From positions 902 through 64,901 of the forward strand of contig JANWIC010000011.1 in assembly GCA_025450075.1 (NCBI GenBank): a stretch of 64,000 bases of DNA, written 5' to 3'. The notes beneath the pieces were generated by a model that saw nothing but the letters and a program-made list of their open reading frames with translations, was not told the origin of the DNA and searched no databases. This DNA comes from Patescibacteria group bacterium. Its GTDB lineage: Bacteria > Patescibacteriota > Dojkabacteria > JAKAPS01. The position numbers and the translations under genes are program-made. This document shows, one piece after another, positions 1 to 9,533 of the stretch (position 1 is its first letter; every line of letters starts with the position of its first letter).

Positions 1-108
1 ACCATAATCCCAAGTATTTGCAAGTCCGCCATAAATTTCAGATGAAGGAAAAACAAAACCTCTTCGTTTTGCAAGCGAAACTATCGGATCCATCGTTTTA
101 TTATTCAT
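1..108 (-). CDS. glyQS: Glycyl-tRNA synthetase (dimeric alpha2 type), N-terminal fragment. Start at 108; the gene runs off the window edge.
   Basis: The reverse-strand translation from ATG at 108 reads [36 protein letters not shown]. This matches the conserved GlyRS N-terminus (KRRGF..SEIYGG..WDYGP). Confidence 0.6.
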   Translation of the reverse strand, partial: MNNKTMDPIVSLAKRRGFVFPSSEIYGGLANTWDYG

Positions 109-826
109 GTATAAAGGCTTTTGATCTAATTGATGAACCAATTGTATATTCAATCATATCCATTGTCAATAAATAGAGGGCTGATTTAAGGCTGCTAGTA
201 AGCGAAATCCGCTGAACTTCTGGAAGAGTACGTTCTTTCATAAACCGCAGCATTTTTATTTCATCATTTGAAATCTCAGATCCTGCTCCACATCTTTTAT
301 GTGCAATCCCGGACTTTTTGTATACTTTTTCATCCGATTCTACAATCTTATCATTACATATGAGACAAGTATATAATTCAAGAAATACACCAGAAAAAAG
401 CAGGAGCTTACAATGGACATATGCAATACTCTTTATAACATCTCCATCTGGATGCGATTCATGATAGGAAAGTGTTTCTTCTAAAACATTGTATATTTCT
501 GCACTGATTTCACCATCATAAACCATCTTTGTTACCAACTCATCCAAATAGAACAGGAAAAAGACATCTTTTTCTTTTTCCCGTAACGATCCATATGGGT
601 TAATGAGTTGGACTTCCGTTAAGACATCAAGATTCTTCCCTTCAGCAAGTGAAAACTTACACAGATTTAATAACTCAAGATTTCCTGATTTCCTACTTGA
701 AAATTTCTTTGCTCCTTTTGCAATACAGGATATTTTCCCATGCTCTTTTAGGAACAATTGCAATATCCTATCATCATTCAACAAATCATTCTTTTTAATT
801 ACAAAACCAATATCAGAATACAGCAT
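101..826 (-). CDS. recO: DNA repair protein RecO
   Basis: 241 aa. N-terminal OB-fold region typical of RecO (GIVLK.. LGESD-like, [11 protein letters not shown]). C-terminal C-x2-C...C zinc-finger (CLICNDK...HKRCGAG). Confidence 0.65.
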   Translation of the reverse strand: MLYSDIGFVIKKNDLLNDDRILQLFLKEHGKISCIAKGAKKFSSRKSGNLELLNLCKFSLAEGKNLDVLTEVQLINPYGSLREKEKDVFFLFYLDELVTKMVYDGEISAEIYNVLEETLSYHESHPDGDVIKSIAYVHCKLLLFSGVFLELYTCLICNDKIVESDEKVYKKSGIAHKRCGAGSEISNDEIKMLRFMKERTLPEVQRISLTSSLKSALYLLTMDMIEYTIGSSIRSKAFIHE

Positions 827-862
827 AAATTAATCTTATACCTATATTATACACTGCAAATG

Positions 863-2584
863 TTAGAATGAGAACGTTTTATCGCTTAATAGTGAATCTT
901 TTTGGGTTTTACCGTTAAAGCTGACTGATACTCCTAAAGAAGATGTACCTGGTTGCTTGTATATATACATACTATACCCGTCTGTTGAAAAGTTTGAAGG
1001 CAAGCTGTACTTTATCACTAATTGCAGTTGTGAAGGTGTGCTTGAAACAGAATCTGTTGAAGGAACTGAAATATGGTCATCTGCAACCGAATACCCCATT
1101 TCACGGTAAGCTCTTAGTGTCCCATCTGCACCTAAAATACTTTCAACCCTGCTTCCTGAAGGTAGATAGATCCGTACCCATGCTTCATACTTTCCATTTT
1201 TTGCAGGATCCTTATCATAGTTATTTACATATGTAATGGTAAGTGTATGTTCCAAGCCGTTTAACTGACTATTCAAACTTCTTGATATATCAGTTATATC
1301 TTTTTGTCCTCCAAGGTTCTCTTCACTCAAACCGATAAAATCTGATCCTGTATTAAGTGGAAATGCTCCACCTAATCCATATTGATTAACAGTATCCTCA
1401 GTTTGTTGATCATCAGCATACAGTATAATATCTTTTTGCATAAATGCTGATTGCAGCATTTTCATAACTGAAACAAGTGAATCACCCTGTGTGTTAAATA
1501 GTTGATTTCCTAAACTCTCTAAAAATATAGGATTTGAAATATATTGTGATAGGTTTAAATCTGTTACTTGGATATGAGAAGAAGGGAGTGAAACCGGTCC
1601 TATTGTTTGTATTACACGAGAAATGAATGAGTGATCTATTGTAACGATCCCGCTCGTATGTTCAATAGAAGGTATTGAGTAATATAATTTTTCAAATTGT
1701 TGCGCACTTGTTACAAAATCCGGGCTTTGATTTGCCCTATCAATACCTAAATTTGCAGTTTTAACATATGCCTGGAGTGTTACTGATGGGCTTGTAGTGC
1801 TCAAAAGCATTTGGTTTAATCCGGATATTGCATTTATCTTAATAGGATTTAATTTCCCCTGAACAAAATCGAGATACCCATACCCGTTTATTTTTCCTCC
1901 TGTCGGAAGAAGTGTTGTTTCATCTTGTATCAAAAGAAGATATGACCTGTTACTAAAAGACCTTTCAAGAATCGGAGTCAATGAATCAAGTTTTGGAAGG
2001 AATGCTATAACGGATTGAAAAGAATCATTAAACGAATTATATGAAGTTTTTAAATCTTTTCCTAAAAATGTTTCTTTCGGTATATAGTGTGGATCAACGA
2101 GCGCAAATGAATTTTGTGCATAGGTAAAATCTGTCATTGCATTATCAATTGTTGGGATAAGTGCTGGAAGTGCATTTAAAAAGGAATCAGTAGAATCTCC
2201 AAAACCTAATGCATTTGCAACTTGTGCGCTATGTTGTGCAATGTTATTTGCACCTGTCGCAATAGATTGGAACCCGGAAATCATATTATCAGCATCCTGA
2301 TAATATTTACTTGTAAAAGGAAGAAGGTTTAAAAGACTAACGGAATGTAATTGTGTATGAAGATTATCAAGATCAGGTCCTAACTTTTGAATACCAATTA
2401 CCAGTCCTTCATAGGAATGTGATGCATATTGTGTTTGAATATATGAGACATCCTGATTTACTTTATCATAAGCGGATGAGATACTTCTCATGCCATTGAT
2501 TAAATATCCACCGATTAAGATTGCAATAATTCCAAGAAAAATACTCAAACAGGAGAATTTTTTATGTTTTGATATCATTCTCAT
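863..2584 (-). CDS. DUF4012-family membrane-anchored protein associated with cell-surface polysaccharide loci
   Basis: 573 aa with an N-terminal TM helix. Signature stretch YLLLIQDETTLLPTGGKINGYGYL resembles the DUF4012 LLL-QN-ELR-TGG-G motif. Sits directly beside a run of GT4 glycosyltransferases. Confidence 0.5.
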   Translation of the reverse strand: MRMISKHKKFSCLSIFLGIIAILIGGYLINGMRSISSAYDKVNQDVSYIQTQYASHSYEGLVIGIQKLGPDLDNLHTQLHSVSLLNLLPFTSKYYQDADNMISGFQSIATGANNIAQHSAQVANALGFGDSTDSFLNALPALIPTIDNAMTDFTYAQNSFALVDPHYIPKETFLGKDLKTSYNSFNDSFQSVIAFLPKLDSLTPILERSFSNRSYLLLIQDETTLLPTGGKINGYGYLDFVQGKLNPIKINAISGLNQMLLSTTSPSVTLQAYVKTANLGIDRANQSPDFVTSAQQFEKLYYSIPSIEHTSGIVTIDHSFISRVIQTIGPVSLPSSHIQVTDLNLSQYISNPIFLESLGNQLFNTQGDSLVSVMKMLQSAFMQKDIILYADDQQTEDTVNQYGLGGAFPLNTGSDFIGLSEENLGGQKDITDISRSLNSQLNGLEHTLTITYVNNYDKDPAKNGKYEAWVRIYLPSGSRVESILGADGTLRAYREMGYSVADDHISVPSTDSVSSTPSQLQLVIKYSLPSNFSTDGYSMYIYKQPGTSSLGVSVSFNGKTQKDSLLSDKTFSF

Positions 2585-3000
2585 GGCTTAAAGCAAAGTA
2601 CACCTATTATAACTGGAAAAAAATCATGAATCAAACCTTGCAAACTCAACTATTTAAGAATATAATCCCCATAATTATCTTATTAAAATGAGACAATCCC
2701 CTACTATTGAAACAAATGATGACCCAAATCATTTTTCTTTATCAAAAAATGCAAAAAGAAGAGTTTTATATTTAATCGGTACACTTTCTTCTATAACGAT
2801 AACAACAGTTGGAATGGGTATTTTTATTTTACGATTTACTTATAAATAATGGCGGTCCATTAGGAGATTATGAGGGGAATCTTGGTTGGGAAGGCTTGGC
2901 AGTTGCTTTACTTGGAGTAGCTGTTGCTAGAGCTACAACAAAATTATACACACAGCCCCCTATATTACAAATGGAGCCGGTTGCCATACATGCAAATTCT

Positions 3001-4101
3001 TCACAGGCTGAATGAAGTTTTGTATTCCTTATATACTTCTTCTATATAATGTTTCAAAGCATATTTAATATTCTTTTTTGAAAACTTCATTGCCTGTTTT
3101 CGAATTTCTTCAGGATTCCAATCTCTTCCTTCTATTTTCACCATTGCGCCATATAGGTCATCTTCACTTTGATCTGAAAAATAGATTCCGGTTTGATTTT
3201 CGACTATTGTTTCCAAAGCACCATCTTTTGCATACGCAATAACTGGTGTACCACAAAGTTGCGCTTCAATAGGAACTAAACCAAGATCATCTGCTCCAGG
3301 AAAAAGTAACGCTTTTGCGGTATTGTAATGTCGAAGCAATGTATGATCATCTACTAAGCCTAAGAAATCAACTTGACCCTGTGCAATATCTTCAAGATAC
3401 CTTCTTTGAGGTCCATCACCGATAATCTTTAACTTTCTTTTATATTTCAAGCAAGTTTGAATAGCTAACTCAATGTGCTTATACGGTTCCATTCGGGATA
3501 CAATCAGATAAAAATCTTCACGAGGAATTGTGGATAATGTGAAGAATGATTCATCAACAGGAGAGTATATGACTTTTGCATTCCTTGCATAAGATTTTGC
3601 TATTCTTTTTTTGGTTGTTGCAGAATTTGCAAGGAAATAATCAACTCGATCCGATGCTACTTTATCCCAAATTCTTAAATAGTTATTAATAAAAGGGAGA
3701 GCTATATTCCTTTGGTGTCTTACTTGCGTACTTGTTTCATATCCCCATAAGAATCTTGGTACAGTTAGAGTATATGAAATATGGCACGTTGAAACAGGTG
3801 TGATAATGCCTTTTGCAAAGCCAGCTGAAATGGATAAAACCAAATCATAATTCTCAAAATGTAAGGATTCTATTGCAGTTGGCATACATGGGACATACAG
3901 CTTTCGTGCATATGATTTAAATGGAAATTTTTGAAGAAAAGAAGAATGAATGTCCCATGTTCTCATGCATTCAGGCATGGAAGATGGAGTGTACAAAAGA
4001 GTATATACTGGAGCATGAGGGTATATTTCATGAAAAAGCTCAAGCATCCTCTCCCCTCCTCCATATACTGTCAGGTAATCATGCACTAATGCTATTTTCA
4101 T
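3001..4101 (-). CDS. Glycosyltransferase family 4 (GT-B, group 1)
   Basis: 366 aa. N-terminal VHDYLTVYGGGERMLE. C-terminal FPGADDLGLVPIEAQLCGTPVIA...ETIVENQTG, the GT1/GT4 E-x7-E-type motif. Confidence 0.75.
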   Translation of the reverse strand: MKIALVHDYLTVYGGGERMLELFHEIYPHAPVYTLLYTPSSMPECMRTWDIHSSFLQKFPFKSYARKLYVPCMPTAIESLHFENYDLVLSISAGFAKGIITPVSTCHISYTLTVPRFLWGYETSTQVRHQRNIALPFINNYLRIWDKVASDRVDYFLANSATTKKRIAKSYARNAKVIYSPVDESFFTLSTIPREDFYLIVSRMEPYKHIELAIQTCLKYKRKLKIIGDGPQRRYLEDIAQGQVDFLGLVDDHTLLRHYNTAKALLFPGADDLGLVPIEAQLCGTPVIAYAKDGALETIVENQTGIYFSDQSEDDLYGAMVKIEGRDWNPEEIRKQAMKFSKKNIKYALKHYIEEVYKEYKTSFSL

Positions 4102-5284
4102 CTATGATGCTGTCAATATATTTTCCAAAAGTTGCTATGAATTTCTCTTTCTTAAAACGTTGGGCATGAGATATACAAATTTCAGGATCAAATTTTAATT
4201 GAGAAAACCGTTGCATTGCTTCGTATAATGAAGAAGAATCCTGTTTATCAAAAAATATTCCCGTTATTCCTTCTTCAATAATATCCTTCGCTCCCCCTCT
4301 ATTAAATGCAATTACCGGTTTGCCTGCAGCCAATGCTTCTACCGGAGCAATACCAAAATCTTCAACTCCTGGCCAGATAAGAGCACGACTATTTGCTAAT
4401 TGTTTTGCAACCTGGTCATCAGATTGTTTTTCAAAAAAAGTGATGTTTGCATTAGATCTTTTTTTTAGTTTTTCAATATACTTTTTGTCTCCGTTTCCAA
4501 CCATATGAAGAGAAAGACCAAGTTTATTAAAAGTATCCACAACAATCTCGAGCTTCCGTAATGGAATGAATCGGCCAATATATATATAATAGCCATTTGT
4601 ATCAGATTTTTCTAAAATTTTAAAACGAAGAGTATCGACAAATGGATGAATAACCACAGATTTCCGTTTATAGAATTTAATAATTCGTTGCTGGGTATAT
4701 CGTGAATTAGCGATAAAATAGTCTACCCTATCGGCTGCAACCCGATCCCAAATACGAAGATAGGAGATAATATATGGATATATCCGTCGAAGGAAAAACC
4801 CTAAATGAAGAGAATCACGATATTGGAAATAGTCCCATGCATATCGGGAAGGGCTATGCATATAACAGATGTGGATTGTATCAGCAGTTGTAATAACTCC
4901 ATGAGCAAATCTGGAGGATGAACTAATGACAAGATCATAACCGCTGAAATCAAAACGCTCAAATATTGCAGGATACAAAAATACAAGTGCTTTTGCATAT
5001 TTCAACATATATTTATTTCTGCCAAAGCGTGGAGTAATAATCTGTATACCTTCATCTTTAAAACCATGTTTTGTCATCCTGCCCGCGTTATAAAAGGAAG
5101 TATAAACAGGAGCTTTTGGATACATTTCATGAATAATTTCGACTATTTTCTCTGCTCCTCCATACTGGTCAAGAGAATCACAAACAATTGCTATTTTCAG
5201 ATCTTTTTTATCTTTCATATTGTAATAAGATATCTCGTACTTTTGAATAAGTATTATCCCAGGTATAAAATCGTGATTTTTCAA
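4079..5284 (-). CDS. Glycosyltransferase family 4. The true start is probably the internal Met near 5218.
   Basis: 401 aa. IAIVCDSLDQYGGAEK... and WPGVEDFGIAPVEALAAGKPVIAFNRGGAKDIIEEGITG motifs. The N-terminal 22 aa overlap the upstream GT. Confidence 0.75.
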   Translation of the reverse strand: MKNHDFIPGIILIQKYEISYYNMKDKKDLKIAIVCDSLDQYGGAEKIVEIIHEMYPKAPVYTSFYNAGRMTKHGFKDEGIQIITPRFGRNKYMLKYAKALVFLYPAIFERFDFSGYDLVISSSSRFAHGVITTADTIHICYMHSPSRYAWDYFQYRDSLHLGFFLRRIYPYIISYLRIWDRVAADRVDYFIANSRYTQQRIIKFYKRKSVVIHPFVDTLRFKILEKSDTNGYYIYIGRFIPLRKLEIVVDTFNKLGLSLHMVGNGDKKYIEKLKKRSNANITFFEKQSDDQVAKQLANSRALIWPGVEDFGIAPVEALAAGKPVIAFNRGGAKDIIEEGITGIFFDKQDSSSLYEAMQRFSQLKFDPEICISHAQRFKKEKFIATFGKYIDSIIDENSISA

Positions 5285-6338
5285 GTCCTTTTTCCCGCAA
5301 AGAATCCCTCAATACCTTATCATCAACGATTTTCTTTAGCAACTCCGCAGCATAAGTCAGGTTAAATTCCTTTGAATCAATTGGCATGCGTAAAGCACTA
5401 TCCTGATATACCTCTTCATATACAGGGATATCAGATATCAGGCAAGGTATTCCGCATGCCATATTCTCAAGCACTGACAAACCAAAACCTTCATACGAAG
5501 AAAGATTGCAATATGCATCAGCATGCTGCATCAAACGAATCTTTTCTTCATCTGATACAAACCCTAAAAAATGGATGGATTCAGATGCATATGAACTGTA
5601 TGCCTCATAACCATCTCCTATGCATACTAGACTATATCCTTGTTCATCATATTGTTCTTTGAATTTTTTGAATACTTCTAATAATAATGAAACATTTTTA
5701 TTCGGTTCATATCCTCCGTAATACAAGATATATTTAGAAGGAACTTTATGTTCTGGAATACCCTGATCTTGCTCAAATCTGGATATATCAACTCCTAATG
5801 GGACAATATCTATTTGGTGCAAATTAAATTTCGATTCTAAATCAAGTTTGGATACTTCTGAGTTAGTTAAAATTCTGTCCGCATATTTTAACAACTTCCA
5901 ATCCTGCATGTATTGTTGTTTCTTCATGAAATTTATAGCTGGATTTAGTGAATACCTACCAGTTGTTGCCTGAATTATGTCATGTACAAAGCATACTGTC
6001 ACATACTGCTTTGGATTGTAAGGCACACCGGAATGGATAAACGGAGAAAAAAATGCTTTAAGTTTTTTACCTTGGCTTGATGAAATATATGTATTGATTC
6101 GGGAATATAGGCCACTTTTATATTTAAATTTTGTAATAGGGGTAAGCGCTATAGACATACCAATATCAACAAAGGAAACTTCTTTTGGAATTTGTATTGT
6201 CGAGCTTGTGGAAAATCCGAATAACACGATTTCTTCAGGGTGCTCCAGAATCCATCTAGAAACAATTTCTTTTGTTACATTTCCAATTCCTCTATATCGA
6301 AATTGGTTCTGGGTTGTGGTGATATCAATACCTATCAT
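5208..6338 (-). CDS. Glycosyltransferase family 4
   Basis: 376 aa. YEGFGLSVLENMACGIPCLISDIPVYEEV is the classic GT1/GT4 nucleotide-sugar binding motif. Confidence 0.75.
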   Translation of the reverse strand: MIGIDITTTQNQFRYRGIGNVTKEIVSRWILEHPEEIVLFGFSTSSTIQIPKEVSFVDIGMSIALTPITKFKYKSGLYSRINTYISSSQGKKLKAFFSPFIHSGVPYNPKQYVTVCFVHDIIQATTGRYSLNPAINFMKKQQYMQDWKLLKYADRILTNSEVSKLDLESKFNLHQIDIVPLGVDISRFEQDQGIPEHKVPSKYILYYGGYEPNKNVSLLLEVFKKFKEQYDEQGYSLVCIGDGYEAYSSYASESIHFLGFVSDEEKIRLMQHADAYCNLSSYEGFGLSVLENMACGIPCLISDIPVYEEVYQDSALRMPIDSKEFNLTYAAELLKKIVDDKVLRDSLREKGLEKSRFYTWDNTYSKVRDILLQYER

Positions 6339-6700
6339 TTTAAGAAGTTTCTGACTTCGTCAGTTAGCTGGCTTGGCAGGATGATTGCTTTAATGAGATA
6401 CCCGTCTGCTCCATTCGCAAACGCTTCATTTATAATTGCCGGTGCATCAATATTAGAGATTAACACAACTTTTATCCCTTTGTATTTCTCATCCGTCTTA
6501 ATTCGTTTTAATGCATCAATACCTGATCCATCAGGAAGCATTATATCAAGAAGAATTAAATCAGGCGAGAATTCATCAATTGATGGGAACATTTCAACTA
6601 TACTTCCGACAACTAAAGTTTCAAAACCATTAAACTCAAGTTCTGATTTATATATATTCGAGATATCCGTGTTGTCTTCAACTATTAATATCTTCGCCAC
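6335..6700 (-). CDS. Response regulator, stand-alone receiver (CheY-like) domain
   Basis: 121 aa. ILIVEDN...[16 protein letters not shown]...KVVLISN pattern with the conserved Asp pocket. No output domain. Start overlaps the GT stop by 4 nt (ATGA). Confidence 0.8.
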   Translation of the reverse strand: MAKILIVEDNTDISNIYKSELEFNGFETLVVGSIVEMFPSIDEFSPDLILLDIMLPDGSGIDALKRIKTDEKYKGIKVVLISNIDAPAIINEAFANGADGYLIKAIILPSQLTDEVRNFLK

Positions 6701-6702
6701 AG

Positions 6703-7938
6703 TTAATTTTTCTGATATGGAATATATATCATGAAATGAATTACATCATCATGATCTTTTTTTAATTCAATTCGTCCTTCATGCGATTCAATAATTAGTT
6801 TTGAAGTATATACTTTCAACATCGAGTTTTTATTCATTTTATTCTCAAATACATATTCATTACTGAATATCTCAAGATTGGCATATTTTTTTACTTCAGC
6901 GGTAACCTCAATGCATAAGTTATCATCAATATGTTTAAATGACATTTGGATCTTTTGACCGGAAATGTTGAAAAGATAGAAAAGTATATTTTTGATTGCA
7001 ATCTTTAACCTATATTCATCAATTCTTACTTGTTCTCCCTTAGCAGTTTCATCCTGGAACCCTATTTCGCATTTAAACAATTTAGAAAATGCTGCAGCAT
7101 CTTCTTTTAAAGTAGCAACAAATTCATTTACGGAGACTACCTTCCTTCGAAGTTTAATTGTATCTTCAATTTCAATAATATGGAGCAATTCTTCAACAAT
7201 ACTATCAACTTTTAAGACATTGGTCAAAATGTTATTAATATACTCAGTCACCCTTTCATCTAAATCTCCAACCCTGCCATGCAGCATCAAGTCAATATAT
7301 CCTTTAATTGCTGACATTGGAGTTTTTATGCTTTCTGCCGCATCAGTTACAAATGTATCTTTTAATTCATTTAATTCTTCTTCATGTACATCGTTTTCAA
7401 GAACTATATTTAACTTTCCTTCTTTTTCATACAGTTCATTTGCAAGCCATCCAGTAATCCAGCTTAAGAAAACTAAAATGAGGATACGGATGAAATATGT
7501 TGTGAAAAAAAGAGAAGAATCATAAGATGGAAGTGAAGCTAGAAGAAAGATTGCATAAGAAAAACCTGCAATAATTCCTTCAGTCATTGCACTTAAAAGA
7601 CCATATTCTGCTGTATTTATAGCAATCGAAAATAGGACAAAAAGATACAAATCAGTATTGAGTGCATTTGCAAAAAAAAGAGCACACGTGAGGGCTGCTC
7701 CGTCAAGTGCTGATACAAAAGCTCCAATTAGTCTTGGATTTGCACCGCGTGATATGAGTAATGAGGCAACATTCTTGTATAGTTCTGATAAAAATATAAT
7801 ACCGAGTAATATTAAAAGAGAAGGTATACTTGCATGGAGTAGAACTGCCGCAAATACAATCATAAGCTTTACCAACACTCGAAGCATAATGAGGACATAG
7901 GTTCGCATCATCATATTTTTGTCTTTAAGTGGGACCAT
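6703..7938 (-). CDS. Membrane sensor histidine kinase with a divergent, possibly degenerate ATP-binding domain
   Basis: 411 aa. Five or six N-terminal TM helices. HisKA-like H-box ESIKTPMSAIKGYIDLMLHG. The C-terminal N-box-like segment IKNILFYLFNIS is present, but no clear DxGxG or GxGxG G-boxes. Confidence 0.6.
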   Translation of the reverse strand: MVPLKDKNMMMRTYVLIMLRVLVKLMIVFAAVLLHASIPSLLILLGIIFLSELYKNVASLLISRGANPRLIGAFVSALDGAALTCALFFANALNTDLYLFVLFSIAINTAEYGLLSAMTEGIIAGFSYAIFLLASLPSYDSSLFFTTYFIRILILVFLSWITGWLANELYEKEGKLNIVLENDVHEEELNELKDTFVTDAAESIKTPMSAIKGYIDLMLHGRVGDLDERVTEYINNILTNVLKVDSIVEELLHIIEIEDTIKLRRKVVSVNEFVATLKEDAAAFSKLFKCEIGFQDETAKGEQVRIDEYRLKIAIKNILFYLFNISGQKIQMSFKHIDDNLCIEVTAEVKKYANLEIFSNEYVFENKMNKNSMLKVYTSKLIIESHEGRIELKKDHDDVIHFMIYIPYQKN

Positions 7939-7981
7939 ACAGGCAATATTTATGTATACTTAATCATATACTGCTCCAGCA

Positions 7982-9130
7982 TTATATACAAGAGGTAATT
8001 ACCTCATGAAGCTTTATTGCTGCACTTTCCCAGCTAAATCTGGAAGCAGCTTTCAATCCTTTGTAAATATATTCTTCCCGTACTTCAAAATGTTCTAAAA
8101 TTCTTTCCAAATGGTTTGCAAATGTATCTGCATCCCTTGGATCAGCAAACATTGCACCATTATCCATGACCTCTCGGATTGCACTAATATTTGATGCAAT
8201 GACACATGTACCACTAAATGATGCTTCAAGCGGGGTCAATCCAACACCTTCAAATCGAGATGGGCAGATAAGTGCAACAGATTTATTTAGGATTGCCTTT
8301 ACTTCAGAATTTTGCTGAACTCTCCCCAATACCAGGACATGCTTTGCAATATTTGTATAATGTTGAGACAAGAGCGTATCAATATCTACAGAATTTTTCA
8401 CTTTCTCCGTATCATATCCACCGATAAGGACAAGGTATAAAGAAGGGTACTTTGGAAGGATTTTTTGTAAAACTTGAAAGGCCGTTTCAAGATTTTTATG
8501 CGGACGTCTATTCCCTACATATACAATATATTGGGAAGGAAGTTGATATTTTTCAATTATTGATTGAATATATGTCTCATCTAAAGGTGCGATGTATTCT
8601 TGTGAAACGGATGGCGTAATGATATGGATACGTTTTGATGGAATATGAAAATATGTTTCAATATCATCTTTCACAGATTTAGTAGAAGCAATTAAACCAA
8701 CAGCAAAACGTGCCATATATGGATAGAATACCTTATCGTACAATTTCTGTTTGAATGAAGTTTTTGCAATATTATGAAAACCAATTAAATCATAAATAAT
8801 CAAAAGATATTTTGGCATGAAAGGAAATGATGACCAAATATCAGTAAGCAAAAGATCCGGTTTCAGCTTTCTATAGATAATTGCAAGATACCAAAAGAGA
8901 AAATATTGTTTAAGAGATCCTCCATTAATATTTACCCTTACATATCTGACTTGTAACTTTGCAAAACTTTCTTTTACAATCTTTTCTCCCCGATCATTAA
9001 AGATAATAATATACTCTTTATCAGGGAAACGTGAAATATATGATGATAATAATGAGAGATAATGACTTCCTATTCCCGTTGGAAAAGGTTTCATCATTCG
9101 AGTATCAATTAGGATCCGTTTGTTCTTCAT
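7982..9130 (-). CDS. Glycosyltransferase family 4
   Basis: 382 aa. PSRFEGVGLTPLEASFSGTCVIASNISAIREV motif. Confidence 0.75.
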   Translation of the reverse strand: MKNKRILIDTRMMKPFPTGIGSHYLSLLSSYISRFPDKEYIIIFNDRGEKIVKESFAKLQVRYVRVNINGGSLKQYFLFWYLAIIYRKLKPDLLLTDIWSSFPFMPKYLLIIYDLIGFHNIAKTSFKQKLYDKVFYPYMARFAVGLIASTKSVKDDIETYFHIPSKRIHIITPSVSQEYIAPLDETYIQSIIEKYQLPSQYIVYVGNRRPHKNLETAFQVLQKILPKYPSLYLVLIGGYDTEKVKNSVDIDTLLSQHYTNIAKHVLVLGRVQQNSEVKAILNKSVALICPSRFEGVGLTPLEASFSGTCVIASNISAIREVMDNGAMFADPRDADTFANHLERILEHFEVREEYIYKGLKAASRFSWESAAIKLHEVITSCI

Positions 9131-9144
9131 ATTTTCGTCATTTC

Positions 9145-9173
9145 ATTATATAGAAAATAGATGAGAAGAACAA
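9145..9173 (-). promoter_or_regulatory. Sigma70-like promoter for the GT4 gene at 7982-9130
   Basis: On the minus strand: TTGTTC, then a 17-nt spacer, then TATAAT, about 15 nt upstream of the start codon. Confidence 0.45.
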
Positions 9174-9206
9174 TTGGTTGTGAGTAAAGTAAAATAAAAG
9201 TATTAT

Positions 9207-9246
9207 AAAAACACATATCCCATATTTCAGGGATATGTGTTTTTTT
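9207..9246. terminator. Bidirectional intrinsic terminator hairpin
   Basis: Perfect 11-bp stem ACACATATCCC / GGGATATGTGT with an 8-nt loop. Flanked by an A-run on the 5' side and TTTTTT on the 3' side, so a U-tract follows the hairpin on either strand. Lies 17 nt downstream of the KGG peptide gene stop. Confidence 0.6.
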
Positions 9247-9263
9247 GTACCCTTTAGATTATC

Positions 9264-9401
9264 TTATTTATTGTTATTTCTTTCTTTTGCTTGCTCATGC
9301 ATCTGTCGACCGCGAGCTTCTCCGCCCTTTTTTGCGACTTCATGTCTGGTCTTTTCACTTGCCAGTGCAAGTCCTCTACCTTTTCCTGAATTTTTTGCCA
9401 T
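9264..9401 (-). CDS. Small KGG-repeat stress-induced protein (YciG/GsiB-like), 45 aa. Not in the ORF track because it is under 60 aa.
   Basis: Minus-strand ORF reads MAKNSGKGRGLALASEKTRHEVAKKGGEARGRQMHEQAKERNNNK. It is preceded by the RBS GGAGGTGG and followed by the strong terminator at 9207-9246. Confidence 0.55.
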   Translation of the reverse strand: MAKNSGKGRGLALASEKTRHEVAKKGGEARGRQMHEQAKERNNNK

Positions 9402-9533
9402 AGCTACCACCTCCTTTCATGCTACTAGTCTAAATAGTCCGACAGCAAAAATCGGTAACTTTTCTTACGCCAGGATAAAGTTTATCAATGACTTTTCCCG
9501 TTACATTAGTCAAAGCATAGATGATGGAGTATA

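Noticed and set aside
2809-3015. The 68-aa ORF, with LLINNGG followed by a Gly/Ala-rich hydrophobic peptide, looked like a double-glycine-leader bacteriocin precursor.
   Set aside because: The residues at -4/-7/-12 relative to GG do not fit the leader consensus. There is no RBS and no adjacent C39-ABC exporter. It overlaps another small ORF in a different frame. Kept only as a low-interest note.
6240-7525. Long antisense ORFs (6240-6734 + and 6992-7525 +) inside the response regulator and histidine kinase genes. Similar cases: 9235-9534 +, 17661-17894 -, 51422-51745 +, 63761-63982 -.
   Set aside because: They overlap well-supported genes on the opposite strand. They have low-complexity Ser/Phe/Ile-rich translations typical of AT-rich antisense frames, and no RBS or homology.
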